A stretch of 64,000 nucleotides of DNA from Macrostomum lignano (lineage: Eukaryota). Both the position numbers and the translations under genes were made by a program. Shown here piece by piece: positions 13,901 to 25,744 of the stretch (position 1 is the stretch's first letter; each line of letters starts with the position of its first letter). Under the pieces are notes generated by a model. That model did no database searches, was not told the DNA's origin, and worked only from the letters and a program-made list of their open reading frames with translations. The DNA lies in assembly GCA_002269645.1 (NCBI GenBank), contig NIVC01000500.1, positions 124,001-188,000 on the forward strand. Reading direction: 5' to 3'.

Positions 13901-16900
13901 AACGCTTATTAACGGATTAACTCTTATTAACGGACTGGTGCCCAACACTGAAAAAAACAATGAAATTACACTTTCACAAAATAATTTTTGGGTAACTTCT
14001 AACATACATCTAACATTATCTTGACTATAGGCTATTTAAGTATTTCTTTAGAGATGTCCCACTTGGATAGAAATTTGAAGCAGATTTTTTTTTAAACAAA
14101 TTTTAGTATAGGTGTAAGACTGTGACTGTTTCATTTTTGGAGCTCTAAATATAGTTTTTTGGCAAAGAAATGAGTTTTTTTATATTTACTTAGGTTCCAA
14201 TCACTTTATATGCATATAACTTTGGCCAATCAGTTTTCACTGATAGTAAACTCATAGTCTCGAGTATGTGTGCACCAATAAAACAGGGGGGGGGGCAAAT
14301 TTTTGGTTTCAACAATGAAGAACCTTTTCTTTGAGTCACAACAATAGTTAAACACAATATACATAGACAGACAAGTAAAGGTAAAATGAAGAAATGACAA
14401 ATAGTCTTAACACTCCCCAAAAATGAATTTAATAATTTATAATTGTAAATTAACTTTGAATAGATTAAGTAAATATAATCCAATTGAGTGTATCCAAAAT
14501 TCATTATGTACAATGGGTGCCATGTAAGTTTCATGTAGTTCCACCTAAAGAATTTTGATGCACTTTAATTTATTTACTTTAAGTAATTTATTTATTTACT
14601 TTCTCATCTTAACTTCTTTGGCTCACAGAATTGCTAAAACCAATTAGTAGATATAGAAATGCAGTTAAATACAAAAATTGTGTAAGTGTCTTTTTACTTT
14701 TGTGCAGATTAAAGTTGATAAATATTTTTGATCTATTTTTACATTGCATTCAGTTAAGATTCCCTAGGAAATCTAGGAAATTTCACATATTTATGATATT
14801 CTTTACTATTTAAATAGTTGTACAATATAACTGCTGTGTGCTATAAGTAATCAATTCAAATATAATTAAAATCTTTTTGTATTTCTATAAAAAATCTTCT
14901 GTACAGCATGACACAATATTTTGTTATGTTGTTTCTTAATGTATTCAAGCTGCTCATAGAATCATTGAGAAAAAAGAATGCTTCTAGACTACTGCTCTAC
15001 TAGATTACAAATTGAGATTCAGACAATAATTACGCTTGACTTCCAATCCAATTCAATCTGGCAATTTCAACAGGAAGCGATCCTACTCGTCTAGCAGCTC
15101 CTCTAGAAGCAGTGGCGCCGATGGCGGAGCCTCCACCGATTCAGACTTGGAGACGCTCAAAGAGATCGATCGTAAGATTATCGAGGCCAAACGGAAGGAA
15201 GAAGAAGAGAAACAGTTGGCAATTGAGAATGAAAGGTTTGTGGAATGTATTGTAATAAAACAAAATAGTCTAGCCGATATGTATTAAAAAAAGACTTGTA
15301 TTGTCTACTTGTGTAGTGTAGCCGATATGTATCGAAAAAACACTTGTATTGTCTACTTGTGTACTGTAGCCGATATGTATCGAAAAACAATTGTTTTGTC
15401 TGCTTCTGTACTATAGACGATATGTATCGAAGCTAAGAAAACTACCTATATAAAAATCGCAGGCGCGAACGTATGCGCCAGGAGCGTCAGCGCGCAATGG
15501 AAGAGAAACTACTCGAAGCCGAGGTCTCCAAACGCGTCCAAGAAGAGGTCGAGCGTCGGGTTCGCGAAGCTGTCGCCGAGCGGCAGGCCGAGATCGAAGC
15601 GGAAGTGATGCGTCGGGTGGACGCCTACCGGGCGGAGTTGGAACGGAAACTCGCCGACGAAGTGCAGCGACAGCACGAGGCCCGAATGGAAGCCGAACGA
15701 CGCAAGGAGGTAACGGAAGAGGGCACAGAATTTAGTTCAGAGAATCGGAGAGAACAAAGATAACCCCGAAAAAATATTTTCTGTCTTTCAGATTTGCTTA
15801 TATTATTATGAAGAGTATCATTATTTTTGCAAAAGAAAGCCCCTTTTTCCTAAATTATGTTTTACTTGATACCGTTATATATTGTTTCGAATCTATTGAT
15901 TAATTGATGCTGAAATTGTGTTGGCAAAAAAGCGCATTGCAACTTGGTGGATCTGTGGCTGGCCGATCCAGCAGCGCTCTGTCCATTGGCCCCACGTGCG
16001 CCTCTCAACTGGCCCTATTGGAATAAGTGGTATTTTCACGGACGGCGTCCGGCGCACTTTTTCTTTTTCCTCATAGTCATGGCGCATGGCGCGCTACGCG
16101 CGCCATGCGCCATGACGCACAGCAGCTCACAGGTAAGATGCAAGGAGGACATCACGCGCTAGGCCTACATACAGCGCTGCTGAACAAGGATGAGAAGCAT
16201 GCACAGGAGAAAGTCAGCAGCACGGTGGAAATTCAGCAAACTGTAAGTAAAACTTGTTTTTCTAATTTCTATAACTTTGATAATATTGCTATGGGCTATA
16301 GTATAGCATATCTCCTATCATATGTATTGATTGCTGTGTCATCTAGAATATGCATGCAAGTTAATCGTAAAATTGGAAATTGTAGTTGAAAGATCGCAGC
16401 AGAAATGTTCTTTATTGCCTCATAAACATTATAACATAGTGCCAAATGCCAATTGCTCTTAATGTTCTCTTATAACGCAGTTGCAAGAAATAAAAAAGTA
16501 AACTAAATTCTATTAAAAGTCTCAACAAATTTTCTGCTTTGTTTAATTATCTTTTTGATTGGTTGCGCGTACATTTATTTATGCTGACATTTAAATGTGA
16601 AAATATTCTTCGAAACACCATGCTAAATAGTTATCAGATTTGATAACCCGACCCGAGCCAAAGTGCTACAACTACTACTGAAAAAGTGTGTGGATAAGGC
16701 AAAGACAATTTTGTTTGTTCGTGAACTCTGTGTTGTTCATCACGGAGTTTCTTCATTTTGTATTAACCGATTAGCCAAATTGAAGTAAAGGGTTTCAGTG
16801 TTCGTAATTATTTTAAGTACTCACTGATGCAATTGCCACACTATTTACATTATTTATTTTTCTTTGAATAGACCAACAATGTAACTTTGTAAGTCAAAAG

Positions 16901-18828
16901 ACGAGTAGACTAAGAATTAAGAAATAGATACAACTACAACAGAAGGGGGCAGAAGTACAGTACAGAACAGAGTGCAGTAAAACACAAGTGCGGTAAAACA
17001 CACAACTTTCTCTCAATCTCTTTAAATCTCTCAAAAACGAGTGATGCATCATCAGAATGAACATGATAGAGACTGGAGTCATGCACAATATCACCTAAAC
17101 CTAGAGTGCTATGGCACCCTAGGATTTGAAGATTTGAATGACACATCGTCCATACCACCTTAGGATTTGAAGATTGTCATGACGCACCGTCCAGGCCACT
17201 TTATGATTGCCATGGCGCACTAGATGCACTGTCCACAGTGTCTGAAAACTTATTCCAATAGGGTCAACTGGCAGCTAGCTGTATCTAAGGACGCGATTCT
17301 CGTCAGCTGGGTAAAATCAACGCTAATTTTGTTTGTTTGTTTATTTGCGTGAAAAGAATTCAAAAGAAAATAAACATCACTATCGATGCTTGTTTGAAAA
17401 TTCGTAAGTAAAAACAAAAAATCATCAGCACAAATCAATTGATATTTCCAGTGCTGCATTCCGGACAGCGGACACTTCTCAGACTCTTGGACACCGAAGC
17501 TTTTATTCTGCATAATTAAATAAATTCTGTTCCTAATAAAAATAAAAATCTCATTAAAAATGTTGTGGAACGCTACTATTAGTAGCGCAGTAAAGACATG
17601 AAAATGAAGTTGTTTCAAAAAATAAAGCAAACAAATTCCTATCCTTGCGTCTCCCGCCCCCGAAAATTCTTTTTTTGGGGGAAATTTTTCCCACCTACGT
17701 CGGCACAGGATGAAGAACGGAAACGCCAGGAAGAGCTGGCTCGCATTGAAGAGGAGAACAATCGCAAGATACAAGAGGCTCTGCGTAAACAGGTAAGTTG
17801 ATTTAGACGGTGTATTCTAGACCTGGTTCGACTCTTGACCCAATTCATTAGCTCGTTTAGTTGACCCTTGACCCGCTTCCTACACTTTGTTCACTTAGAA
17901 AGCGCCTGACCTACTTAGTGGACCGACTGACTTTGGAACCTCTTAAACCACTTTAAAGATTCTTGACCCATTAAGTTGACCCCTGACTCAGTAAACCATT
18001 GGCTCATTAAGTCTACCCTTGACTCAGTTCACCCTTGACTCAATAAGTTGACCCTTGACTCAGTTGAACCTTGGCTCAATAAGTTGACCCTTGACTCAAT
18101 TGACCCCTGACTCAATAAGTTGACCCTTGACTCAATTGACCCCTGACTCAATAAGTTGACCCTTGACTCAATTGACCCCTGACTCAATAAGTTGACCCTT
18201 GACTCAATTGACCCCTGACTCAATTGACCCCTGACTCAATTGACCCCTGACTTAATAAGTTGACCCTTGACTCATTTGACCCCTGACTCAATTGACCCCT
18301 GACTCAATTGACCCCTGACTCAATAAGTTGACCCCTGACTCTGTTGACCCCTGACTCAGTTGTCCCCTGACTCAGTTGAACCTTGGCTCAATAAGTTGAC
18401 CCTTAACTCAATTGACCCCTGACTCAATAAGTTGACCCTTGACTCAATTGACCCCTGACTCAATAAGTTGACCCCTGACTCTGTTGACCCCTGACTCAGT
18501 TGTCCCCTGACTCAGTTGACCCCTGACTCAATAAGTTGACCCCTGACTCTGTTGACCCCTGACTCTGTTGACCCCTGACTCAGTTGTCCCCTGACTCAGT
18601 TGACCCATGGCTCATTGAGCTGACCTTGGACTCACCACTAATCCCCCGCTGTTAATCCCATCCCACCAGGCGGAGGAGCAGCTGGACAAGGTGGAGCGTG
18701 AAAGACGCGAACTCGAATCTCGGCAGCAGGTTGAAGACGAGCAACGTCGAGTTCACAGCGTCCAACAGGAGATGATCCTGAACAAGAAGAAGGCCCGGCC
18801 AAAGCTGGCGTTTAGCATCAAAAAGTGA
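4948..18828 (+). CDS. ARGLU1: Arginine/glutamate-rich protein 1 (5 coding exons)
   Basis: Exons 4948-5177, 15074-15235, 15463-15709, 17709-17792 and 18670-18828. All introns are GT-AG with consistent phases (2,2,0,0). The protein starts MGRSRSRS, contains EEKLLEAEVSKRVQEEVERRV...IEAEVMRRV and EELARIEEENNRKI, and ends AEEQL...KARPKLAFSIKK*, matching the ARGLU1 family. Confidence 0.92.
5580..8680 (-). mobile_element. Decayed non-LTR retrotransposon (RTE-like; APE + reverse transcriptase) in ARGLU1 intron 1
   Basis: Minus-strand fragments: APE N-terminus LRLGTMNCQTL...LVLLQEV (8085-8486); RT KALGPD...LILKK...GISLMSCTAKLFN...KQNGF (6411-~7030); GDMLVPFFF...YANDLALL (5913-6190); VLLYNAKTW (5633-5824). 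Multiple stops and frameshifts. Ends are approximate. Confidence 0.85.
7035..7314. mobile_element. hAT-type MITE (280 bp) inserted into the LINE
   Basis: Perfect 14-bp TIR CATACATGCGCAAC; 8-bp TSD GCAGTGAT at 7027-7034 and 7315-7322. A second copy is at 48358-48634. Confidence 0.92.
9616..11706 (-). mobile_element. Decayed KDZ (Kyakuja/Dileera/Zisupton)-like transposase fragment between ~270-bp direct repeats
   Basis: Direct repeats at 9616-~9880 and 11436-~11706. The minus-strand frame 10460-11233 contains GIREPVQYAEALV...MTGC and H..K.R.RY......G....DLEC, which resemble degenerate KDZ core motifs (GE..Y..AL...YDxGC; H...C...Y...G...DxE). Family assignment is by eye only. Confidence 0.45.
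13071..13950. mobile_element. hAT-type non-autonomous element (880 bp)
   Basis: 15-bp perfect TIR CAGTGTTGGGCACCA; 8-bp TSD AAAAAAAC (13063-13070, 13951-13958); subterminal TTAAC/GTTAA repeats at both ends. Confidence 0.92.
15275..15430. repeat. ~41-bp tandem repeat filling ARGLU1 intron 2
   Basis: About 3-4 copies of TAGCCGATATGTATCGAAAAAACACTTGTATTGTCTACTTGTG-like units. Confidence 0.8.
16077..16132 (+). promoter_or_regulatory. ARGLU1: Candidate poison cassette exon of ARGLU1
   Basis: Polypyrimidine tract CACTTTTTCTTTTTCCTCATAG| precedes it and CAG|GTAAGA follows it. It is 56 nt long, with an in-frame TGA at 16113-16115 when spliced to the phase-0 donor at 15709. Confidence 0.6.
17960..18630. 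repeat. 15-20-bp minisatellite (TTGACCCCTGACTCA[ATAAG]) in ARGLU1 intron 4
   Basis: Dozens of visible tandem units between the donor at 17793 and the acceptor at 18669. Confidence 0.92.
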
Positions 18829-19134
18829 AGCAGAAGTGGCCACGGCAGAGTTCAGGACTCAGCTATAAAAATTGCATGCTTTATTCTTTATTTTTCTCCT
18901 GTTGCGGATCTTGAAAAGTCTGATTTCATGTTAAATTTATTTTTACTGATTGCCTGTCGAGCGGCCTGGCTGCGAAGTTCTTTATAATTCTCTGTTAATA
19001 ATTAACTCCCGAGTTTATCATCATGTTGCTACTGCTCATCAGTAACTACTTGAGGTTATTGTTATAGTAGCCTCACTTCCCTCACCTTTTGTAATATTGC
19101 TCTCTGCATGTAGTACATGCACCAACTGCTGCAG

Positions 19135-19480
19135 TTCGCTGTCTCCTCCGCCTGCCTGCCTGTCTGTCTGTCTGCCCGTCTGTCTGTCTGTCTGCCTGTC
19201 TGTCTGTCTGTCTGTCGGTCTGTCTGCCTGTCTGTCCATCTGTCGGTCTATCTGCCTGTCTGTCTGTCTTCCTGCCTGTCTGTCTGTCGGTCTGTCTGTC
19301 TGTCTGTCTGTCGGTCTGTCTGCCTGTCTGTCTGTCTGTCTTCGTGTCTGTCTGTCGGTCTGTCTCTGCCTGCCTGTCTGCCTGTCTTCGTGTCTGTCCA
19401 TCTGTCTGCCTGCCTGTCTTCGTGTCTGTCCATCTGTCTGTCGGTGTGTCTGTCTGGCTGCCTGCCTGTTTGTCTGTCTG
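19135..19480. repeat. Compound (CTGT/CTGC)n microsatellite
   Basis: Tetranucleotide array; it generates the spurious QTDR/CLSV ORFs. Confidence 0.95.
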
Positions 19481-19759
19481 TTCCAACATATCGTGGAAAA
19501 ATAATACAATGATCAATCAAATTTCCTAATGAAATTCTCTAATCTTACTGTGTAACAATTCCCAACAAAATCCGTATCGCTAAGGTACCCTCTTAGCAAT
19601 GGCTTATTTGTTACTGTCTAATATTATACTATCCACAAGAGTTGCAGCTGCAACGCTGTTAAACTTTTTCCATTAATGAACTTTAAAGTGTGCAACAAAA
19701 TTTGGTTGATTGTAAAAGCATGCCTAGCCTTACTCCTTTAGTGTTTTAAATTTCTCTAT

Positions 19760-20890
19760 CATTCACCCACTCAGAGCTCACTCTCCCTCATTCACTCCTT
19801 CAGTATCTCACTCTCTCCATCATTCACTCCTTCAGTATCTCACACTCTCCCTCATTCACTCCTTCAGTATCTAACTCTCCCTCATTCACCCCTTCAGTAT
19901 CTCACACTCTCCCTCATTCACCCCTTCAGTATCTCACTGTCCCTCATTCACCCCTTCAGTATCTCACTCTCCCTCATTCACCCCTTCAGTATCTCACTCT
20001 CCCTCATTCACCCCTTCAGTATCTCACTCTCCCTCATTCATCCCTTCAGTATCTCACTCTCCCTCATTCACTCCTTCAGTATCTCACTCTCCCTCATTCA
20101 CTCCTTCAGTATCTCACTCTCCCTCATTCACTCCTTCAGTATCTCACTCTCCCTCATTCACCCCTTCAGTATCTCACTCTCCCTCATTCACCCCTTCAGT
20201 ATCTCACTCTCCCTCATTCACCCCTTCAGTATCTCACTCTCCCTCACACTCCTTCAGTATCTCACTCTCCCTCATTCACCCCTTCAGTATCTCACTCTCC
20301 CTCAAACTCCTTCAGTATCTCACTCTCCCTCATTCACCCCTTCAGTATCCCACACTCTCCCTTATTCACTCCTTCAGTATCTCACACTCTCCATCATTCA
20401 CTCCTTCAGTATCTCACACTCTCCCTCATTCACTCCTTCAGTATTTCACATTCTCCCTCATTCACTCCTTCAGTATCTCATTCTCTCTCTCATTCACCCC
20501 TTCAGTATCTCACTCTCCCTACTCACCCCTTCAGTATCTCACTCTCCCTCATTCACTCCTTCAGTATCTCACTGTCCCTCATTCACCCCTGTATCTCACT
20601 CTCTCCCTCATTCACCCTTCAGTATCTCACTCTCCCTACTCACCCCTTCAGTATCTCACTCTCTCCCTCATTCACCCCTTCAGTATCTCACTCTCCCTCA
20701 TTCACTCCTTCAGTATCTCACTCTCTCCCTCATTCACCCCTTCAGTATCTCAATCTCCCTCATTCACTCCTTCAGTATCTCACTCTCCCTTCTCACCCCT
20801 TCAGTATCTCACTCTCCCTCATTCACTCCTTCAGTATCTCACACTCTCCCTCATTCACCCCTTCAGTATCTCACTCTCCCTCATTCACAT
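19760..20890. repeat. ~30-bp pyrimidine-rich minisatellite (CACTCTCCCTCATTCACCCCTTCAGTATCT)
   Basis: More than 30 tandem units between the ARGLU1 and PLAC8-like 3' ends. Confidence 0.95.
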
Positions 20891-21255
20891 TCGCAGGGTA
20901 GCGCTCACTCTCAATTTTGTTTAATAAATTTGTTTCAAGTCTTCATTCGCCACATGTTGGCACCGAGAGCTGGCTCATGCATGTATTTTTGTCGGTATAT
21001 TTGTGCACAGCAATATACCACTACATAGATTAGGAATAATTTAAGGAAAGCTGATATCATAGCTGGGAATTATTGGTCTTTTCAATTAACAAGAAGCTTT
21101 AGTTAGCTCAGTAGATTAAAGAACTTAATTAAGTTCGCTATAAGTGATTTTTAGTTGCTAATGTAAGTATGATATAAAAGTGCCTATACTGCAGTAATCG
21201 GAAACGTTTTCCACCTTTATATGGCTGTGCAGCTGGGTAAGTTGCGCCATTAGAA

Positions 21256-21652
21256 TTACTCTCTCTCCATGGCCTGGGTGTTGAGTGTAATATGCTTGAC
21301 CTCCTGGCCCTCCTGGCACAGGGCGCACATATGGCAGAAGAAGTGCGTCAGAAGGTCGCTGCAACAGCCGCCCGGGATGTCCTGCTTCTCGCGCAGTTTG
21401 CCGCGCATAATGCAGCCAAGAATGATGGGGCAGAATAGGTAGGCACAGCCGCACAGGCAGCAGCTGTCTCCCACAGCCTCTGCATTCTTGCCGAATGCGT
21501 AGCACGGGCAGAAATATGTTATTAGGGCCACACCTGCAGATTAGCGGGTTACGGCGGTTTGGGTCGTCTGTTTCCTCAATCAACACTTCAATCAGGCCCT
21601 ACTTACCGCAGTCGTCAAAGCAGCCGCACAGTCCGTGTCTGAAGCTGGACAT
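21256..21652 (-). CDS. PLAC8/cornifelin-family cysteine-rich protein (2 coding exons, ~107 aa)
   Basis: Exon 21652-21607 encodes MSSFRHGLCGCFDDC-G followed by |GTAAGT. Exon 21533-21256 encodes VALITYFCPCYAFGKNAE...RGKLREKQDIPGGCCSDLLTHFFCHMCALCQE. Both PLAC8 motifs (GLCGCFDD; CPC...R..I.G..C.D...C..CALCQE) are present. Confidence 0.92.
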
Positions 21653-22189
21653 CTTACGAGTGTATTATAACTATCCTGCTTTACTTGGCGTTGCCGGCTC
21701 TTGTCCTAAGTAATTGTAATGCAGAGTTAGATAGATAATAATTATTGATATTACATGTAAATTGAACCCTGTTCAAAGTTCTTTAATACAATATACGAGT
21801 TTTATTTAACAAAGCCAGGGCTAATGGGACATGCATACTCGTGCAAGCTCGTAAGCGTATCTGGGTTGTTACATAATAGAAAATTCTTAGAATTAAATAT
21901 GTTTATAGTCGCATCTAGATGATGATTTAAATTTTTCATTTATAACGCGTTCCCTAAACCACTTTGAATCACTTGAATGCATTTGTGTGTGCTGTGGTTA
22001 CTGGCATACTATCATATTATACCAACATGTAGCTCTTTATTCTAAGTGGGTTCTGGAATTGCGCAGTTACAGGCGACTGTACCAGATAACTGCCACTTCT
22101 TACATACTATTATATGCAGCACGCTCCAGAGACCTCTAGTGTTCCAAATCTGCTTTTACTCGATTGCTGCTATCTGTGTCCACTCTGTC

Positions 22190-24882
22190 CTTAGCCTGCG
22201 TCCTCTCCTAGCCTATGTCCACTCTATTCATAAGCCTGTATCCACTCTCTATTCCTAAGCCTGTGTCCACTGTTCCTAAGCCTGTGTCCACTCTGTTCCT
22301 AAGCCTGTGTCCACTCTGTTCCTAAGCCTGTGTCCACTGTTTCCTAAGCCTGTGCCCACTCTGTTCCTAAGCCTGTGTCCACTCTATTCATAAGCCTGTA
22401 TCCACTCTCTATTCCTAAGCCTGTGTCCACTGTTCCTAAGCCTGTGTCCACTCTGTTCCTAAGCCTGTGTCCACTCTGTTCCTAAGCCTGTGTCCACTGT
22501 TTCCTAAGCCTGTGCCCACTCTGTTTCTAAGCCTAGCTGTTTCCACTCTGTTCCTAAGCCTGTGTCCACTCTGTTCCTAAGCCTGTGTCCCACTCTGTTC
22601 CTAAGCCTGTGTCCACTGTTTCCTAAGCCTGTGTCCACTGTTCCTAAGCCTGCGTCCACTCTGTTCCTAAGCCTGTGTCCACTCTGTTCCTAAGCCTGTG
22701 TCCACTCTGTTCCTAAGCCTGTGTCCACTCTGTTCCTAAGCCTGTGTCCACTCTGTTCCTAAGCCTGTGTCCACTCTGTTCCTAAGCCTGTGTCCACTCT
22801 GTTCCTAAGCCTGTGTCCACTCTATTCCCAAGCCTGTGTCCACTCTTCCTAAGCCTGTGTCCACTCTCTATTCCTAAGCCTGTGTCCACTCTGTTTCTAA
22901 GCCTGTGTCCACTCTGTTCCTAAGCCTGTGTCCACTCTATTCCTAAGCCTGTGTCCACTCTATTCCTAAGCCTGTGTCCACTCTGTTCCTAAGCCTGTGT
23001 CCACTCTATTCCTAAGCCTGTGTCCACTCTATTCCTAAGCCTGTGTCCACTCTGTTCCTAAGCCTGTGTCCACTCTATTCCTAAGCCTATGTCCACTCTG
23101 TTCCTAAGCCTGTGTCCACTCTGTTCCTAAGCCTGTGTCCACTCTGTTCCTAAGCCTGTGTCCACTCTATTCCTAAGCCTGTGTCCACTCTGTTCCTAAG
23201 CCTGTGTCCACTCTGTTCCTAAGCCTGTGTCCACTCTATACCTAAGCCTGTGTCCACTCTGTTCCTAAGCCTGTGTCCACTCTCTGTTCCTAAGCCTGTG
23301 TCCACTCTGTTCCTAAGCCTGTGTCCACTGTTCCTAAGCCTGTGTCCACTCTGTTCCTAAGCCTGTGTCCACTCTATTCCCAAGCCTGTGTCCACTCTTC
23401 CTAAGCCTGTGTCCACTCTCTATTCCTAAGCCTGTGTCCACTCTGTTTCTAAGCCTGTGTCCACTCTGTTCCTAAGCCTGTGTCCACTCTATTCCTAAGC
23501 CTGTGTCCACTCTATTCCTAAGCCTGTGTCCACTCTGTTCCTAAGCCTGTGTCCACTCTATTCCTAAGCCTGTGTCCACTCTATTCCTAAGCCTGTGTCC
23601 ACTCTGTTCCTAAGCCTGTGTCCACTCTATTCCTAAGCCTATGTCCACTCTGTTCCTAAGCCTGTGTCCACTCTGTTCCTAAGCCTGTGTCCACTCTGTT
23701 CCTAAGCCTGTGTCCACTCTATTCCTAAGCCTGTGTCCACTCTGTTCCTAAGCCTGTGTCCACTCTGTTCCTAAGCCTGTGTCCACTCTATACCTAAGCC
23801 TGTATCCACTCTGTTCCTAAGCCTGTGTCCACTCTCTGTTCCTAAGCCTGTGTCCACTCTGTTCCTAAGCCTGTGTCCACTGTTCCTAAGCATGTGTCCA
23901 CTCTGTTCCTAAGCCTGTGTCCACTCTGTTCCTAAGCCTGTGTCCACTCTGTTCCTAAGCCTGTGTCCACTCTGTTCCTAAGCCTGTGTCCACTCTGTTC
24001 CTAAGCCTGTGTCCACTCTGTTCCTAAGCCTGTGTCCACTCTGTTCCTAAGCCTGTGTCCACTCTGTTCCTAAGCCTGTGTCCACTGTTCCTAAGCCTGT
24101 GTCCACTCTGTTCCTAAGCCTGTGTCCACTCTTCCTAAGCCTGTGTCCACTCTGTTCCTAAGCCTGTGTCCACTCTGTTCCTAAGCCTGTGTCCACTCTG
24201 TTCCTAAGCCTGTGTCCACTGTTCCTAAGCCTGTGTCCACTGTTCCTAAGCCTGTGTCCACTGTTCCTAAGCCTGTGTCCACTCTGTTCCTAAGCCTGTG
24301 TCCACTCTGTTCCTAAGCCTGTGTCCACTCTGTTCCTAAGCCTGTGTCCACTCTCTATTCCTAAGCCTGTGTCCACTCTGTTCCTAAGCCTGTGTCCACT
24401 CTGTTCCTAAGCCTGTGTCCACTCTGTTCCTAAGCCTGTGTCCACTCTGTTCCTAAGCCTGTGTCCACTGTTCCTAAGCCTGTGTCCACTCTGTTCCTAA
24501 GCCTGTGTCCACTCTGTTCCTAAGCCTGTGTCCACTCTGTTCCTAAGCCTGTGTCCACTCTGTTCCTAAGCCTGTGTCCACTCTGTTCCTAAGCCTGTGT
24601 CCACTCTGTTCCTAAGCCTGTGTCCACTGTTCCTAAGCCTGTGTCCACTCTCTGTTCCTAAGCCTGTGTCCACTGTTCCTAAGCCTGTGTCCACTCTGTT
24701 CCTAAGCCTGTGTCCACTCTGTTCCTAAGCCTGTGTCCACTCTGTTCCTAAGCCTGTGTCCACTCTGTTCCTAAGCCTGTGTCCACTCTGTTCCTAAGCC
24801 TGTGTCCACTGTTCCTAAGCCTGTGTCCACTGTTCCTAAGCCTGTGTCCACTCTGTTCCTAAGCCTGTGTCCACTCTGTTTC
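22190..24882. repeat. 23-bp minisatellite array (TTCCTAAGCCTGTGTCCACTCTG), ~2.7 kb
   Basis: Roughly 110-120 tandem units with 21- and 25-bp variants. Confidence 0.97.
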
Positions 24883-25744
24883 AAGCGTGCATCCGCTCAA
24901 TTGCAACAGCTACGTGCGTCCATTTCGCAGCTATCCCGTGTCCCCTATGTGCTCTGCAACCCCCTCTTTCTGTCATGGAATTAAATGATGAAACGTTGAT
25001 TATAGTTGCAATAAAGTTAAACTTACCTGCTGAATAAATCTTATTTGGCAATTGCTTACGAAGGAGCTCCAGTATATAGAAAACTGCTTTAATCTTTCGG
25101 CTCGGCTCATCTATAGTGCGTACCTATATATATACACATTTAGCATGTATATTAGATTCGAGACTAGCTCAAATGCGTCATACGAGTTTGCTAAGCAATC
25201 CGCATTTATCTTATCTCCGGCACGCTGCACGGCTGGCTGACACGGTATTAAGAGAATCGTAATTCCGTAATACTGCGCAGATGTGTGTTTGTAATACATT
25301 TACACGTAACTTTTTTACAATTTGTCTGACTTGATAATCAATATAGATTGTACTAGGTTCTATACCACCTGCCAGTGCTAGTTCCTATTGGTGAGAGCTC
25401 TTCTTTTCTTGAACGACACCAAATTAGGGTGAAACGGAGAGAGAGGTAAGAAAGATAAAGTCAGGTTGTAACAATTCTGCTACTGAGTTAATTAAGTAGT
25501 ATTTTAAACCAATAAAGTTCAACCGCGCGTGGACCACAGGTTGAGAGAGAGACAAATATGGAGTCACTAATAATAATACAACAATAATATTTAATTACAC
25601 CTGGCCCAATAATACAAATTGGGCCAGATGTGCAACCGACAGCTCAGCCGCAGCTATTGCGCGGCGTATCGAAGGCTGCGTACGGCTGTTCAGTCCAAGG
25701 ACTGGGGGATCGCCACACATACAGCCTCAGCTACCTGACAATTG

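Noticed and set aside
19039-19529. QTDR/CLSV ORFs
   Set aside because: Microsatellite translations. The same applies to 27565-27882, 52594-53010 and 61912-62524.
22190-24882. Regular repeat arrays as CRISPR
   Set aside because: Units are contiguous with no unique spacers, there are no cas genes, and the context is eukaryotic. The same applies to all other arrays.
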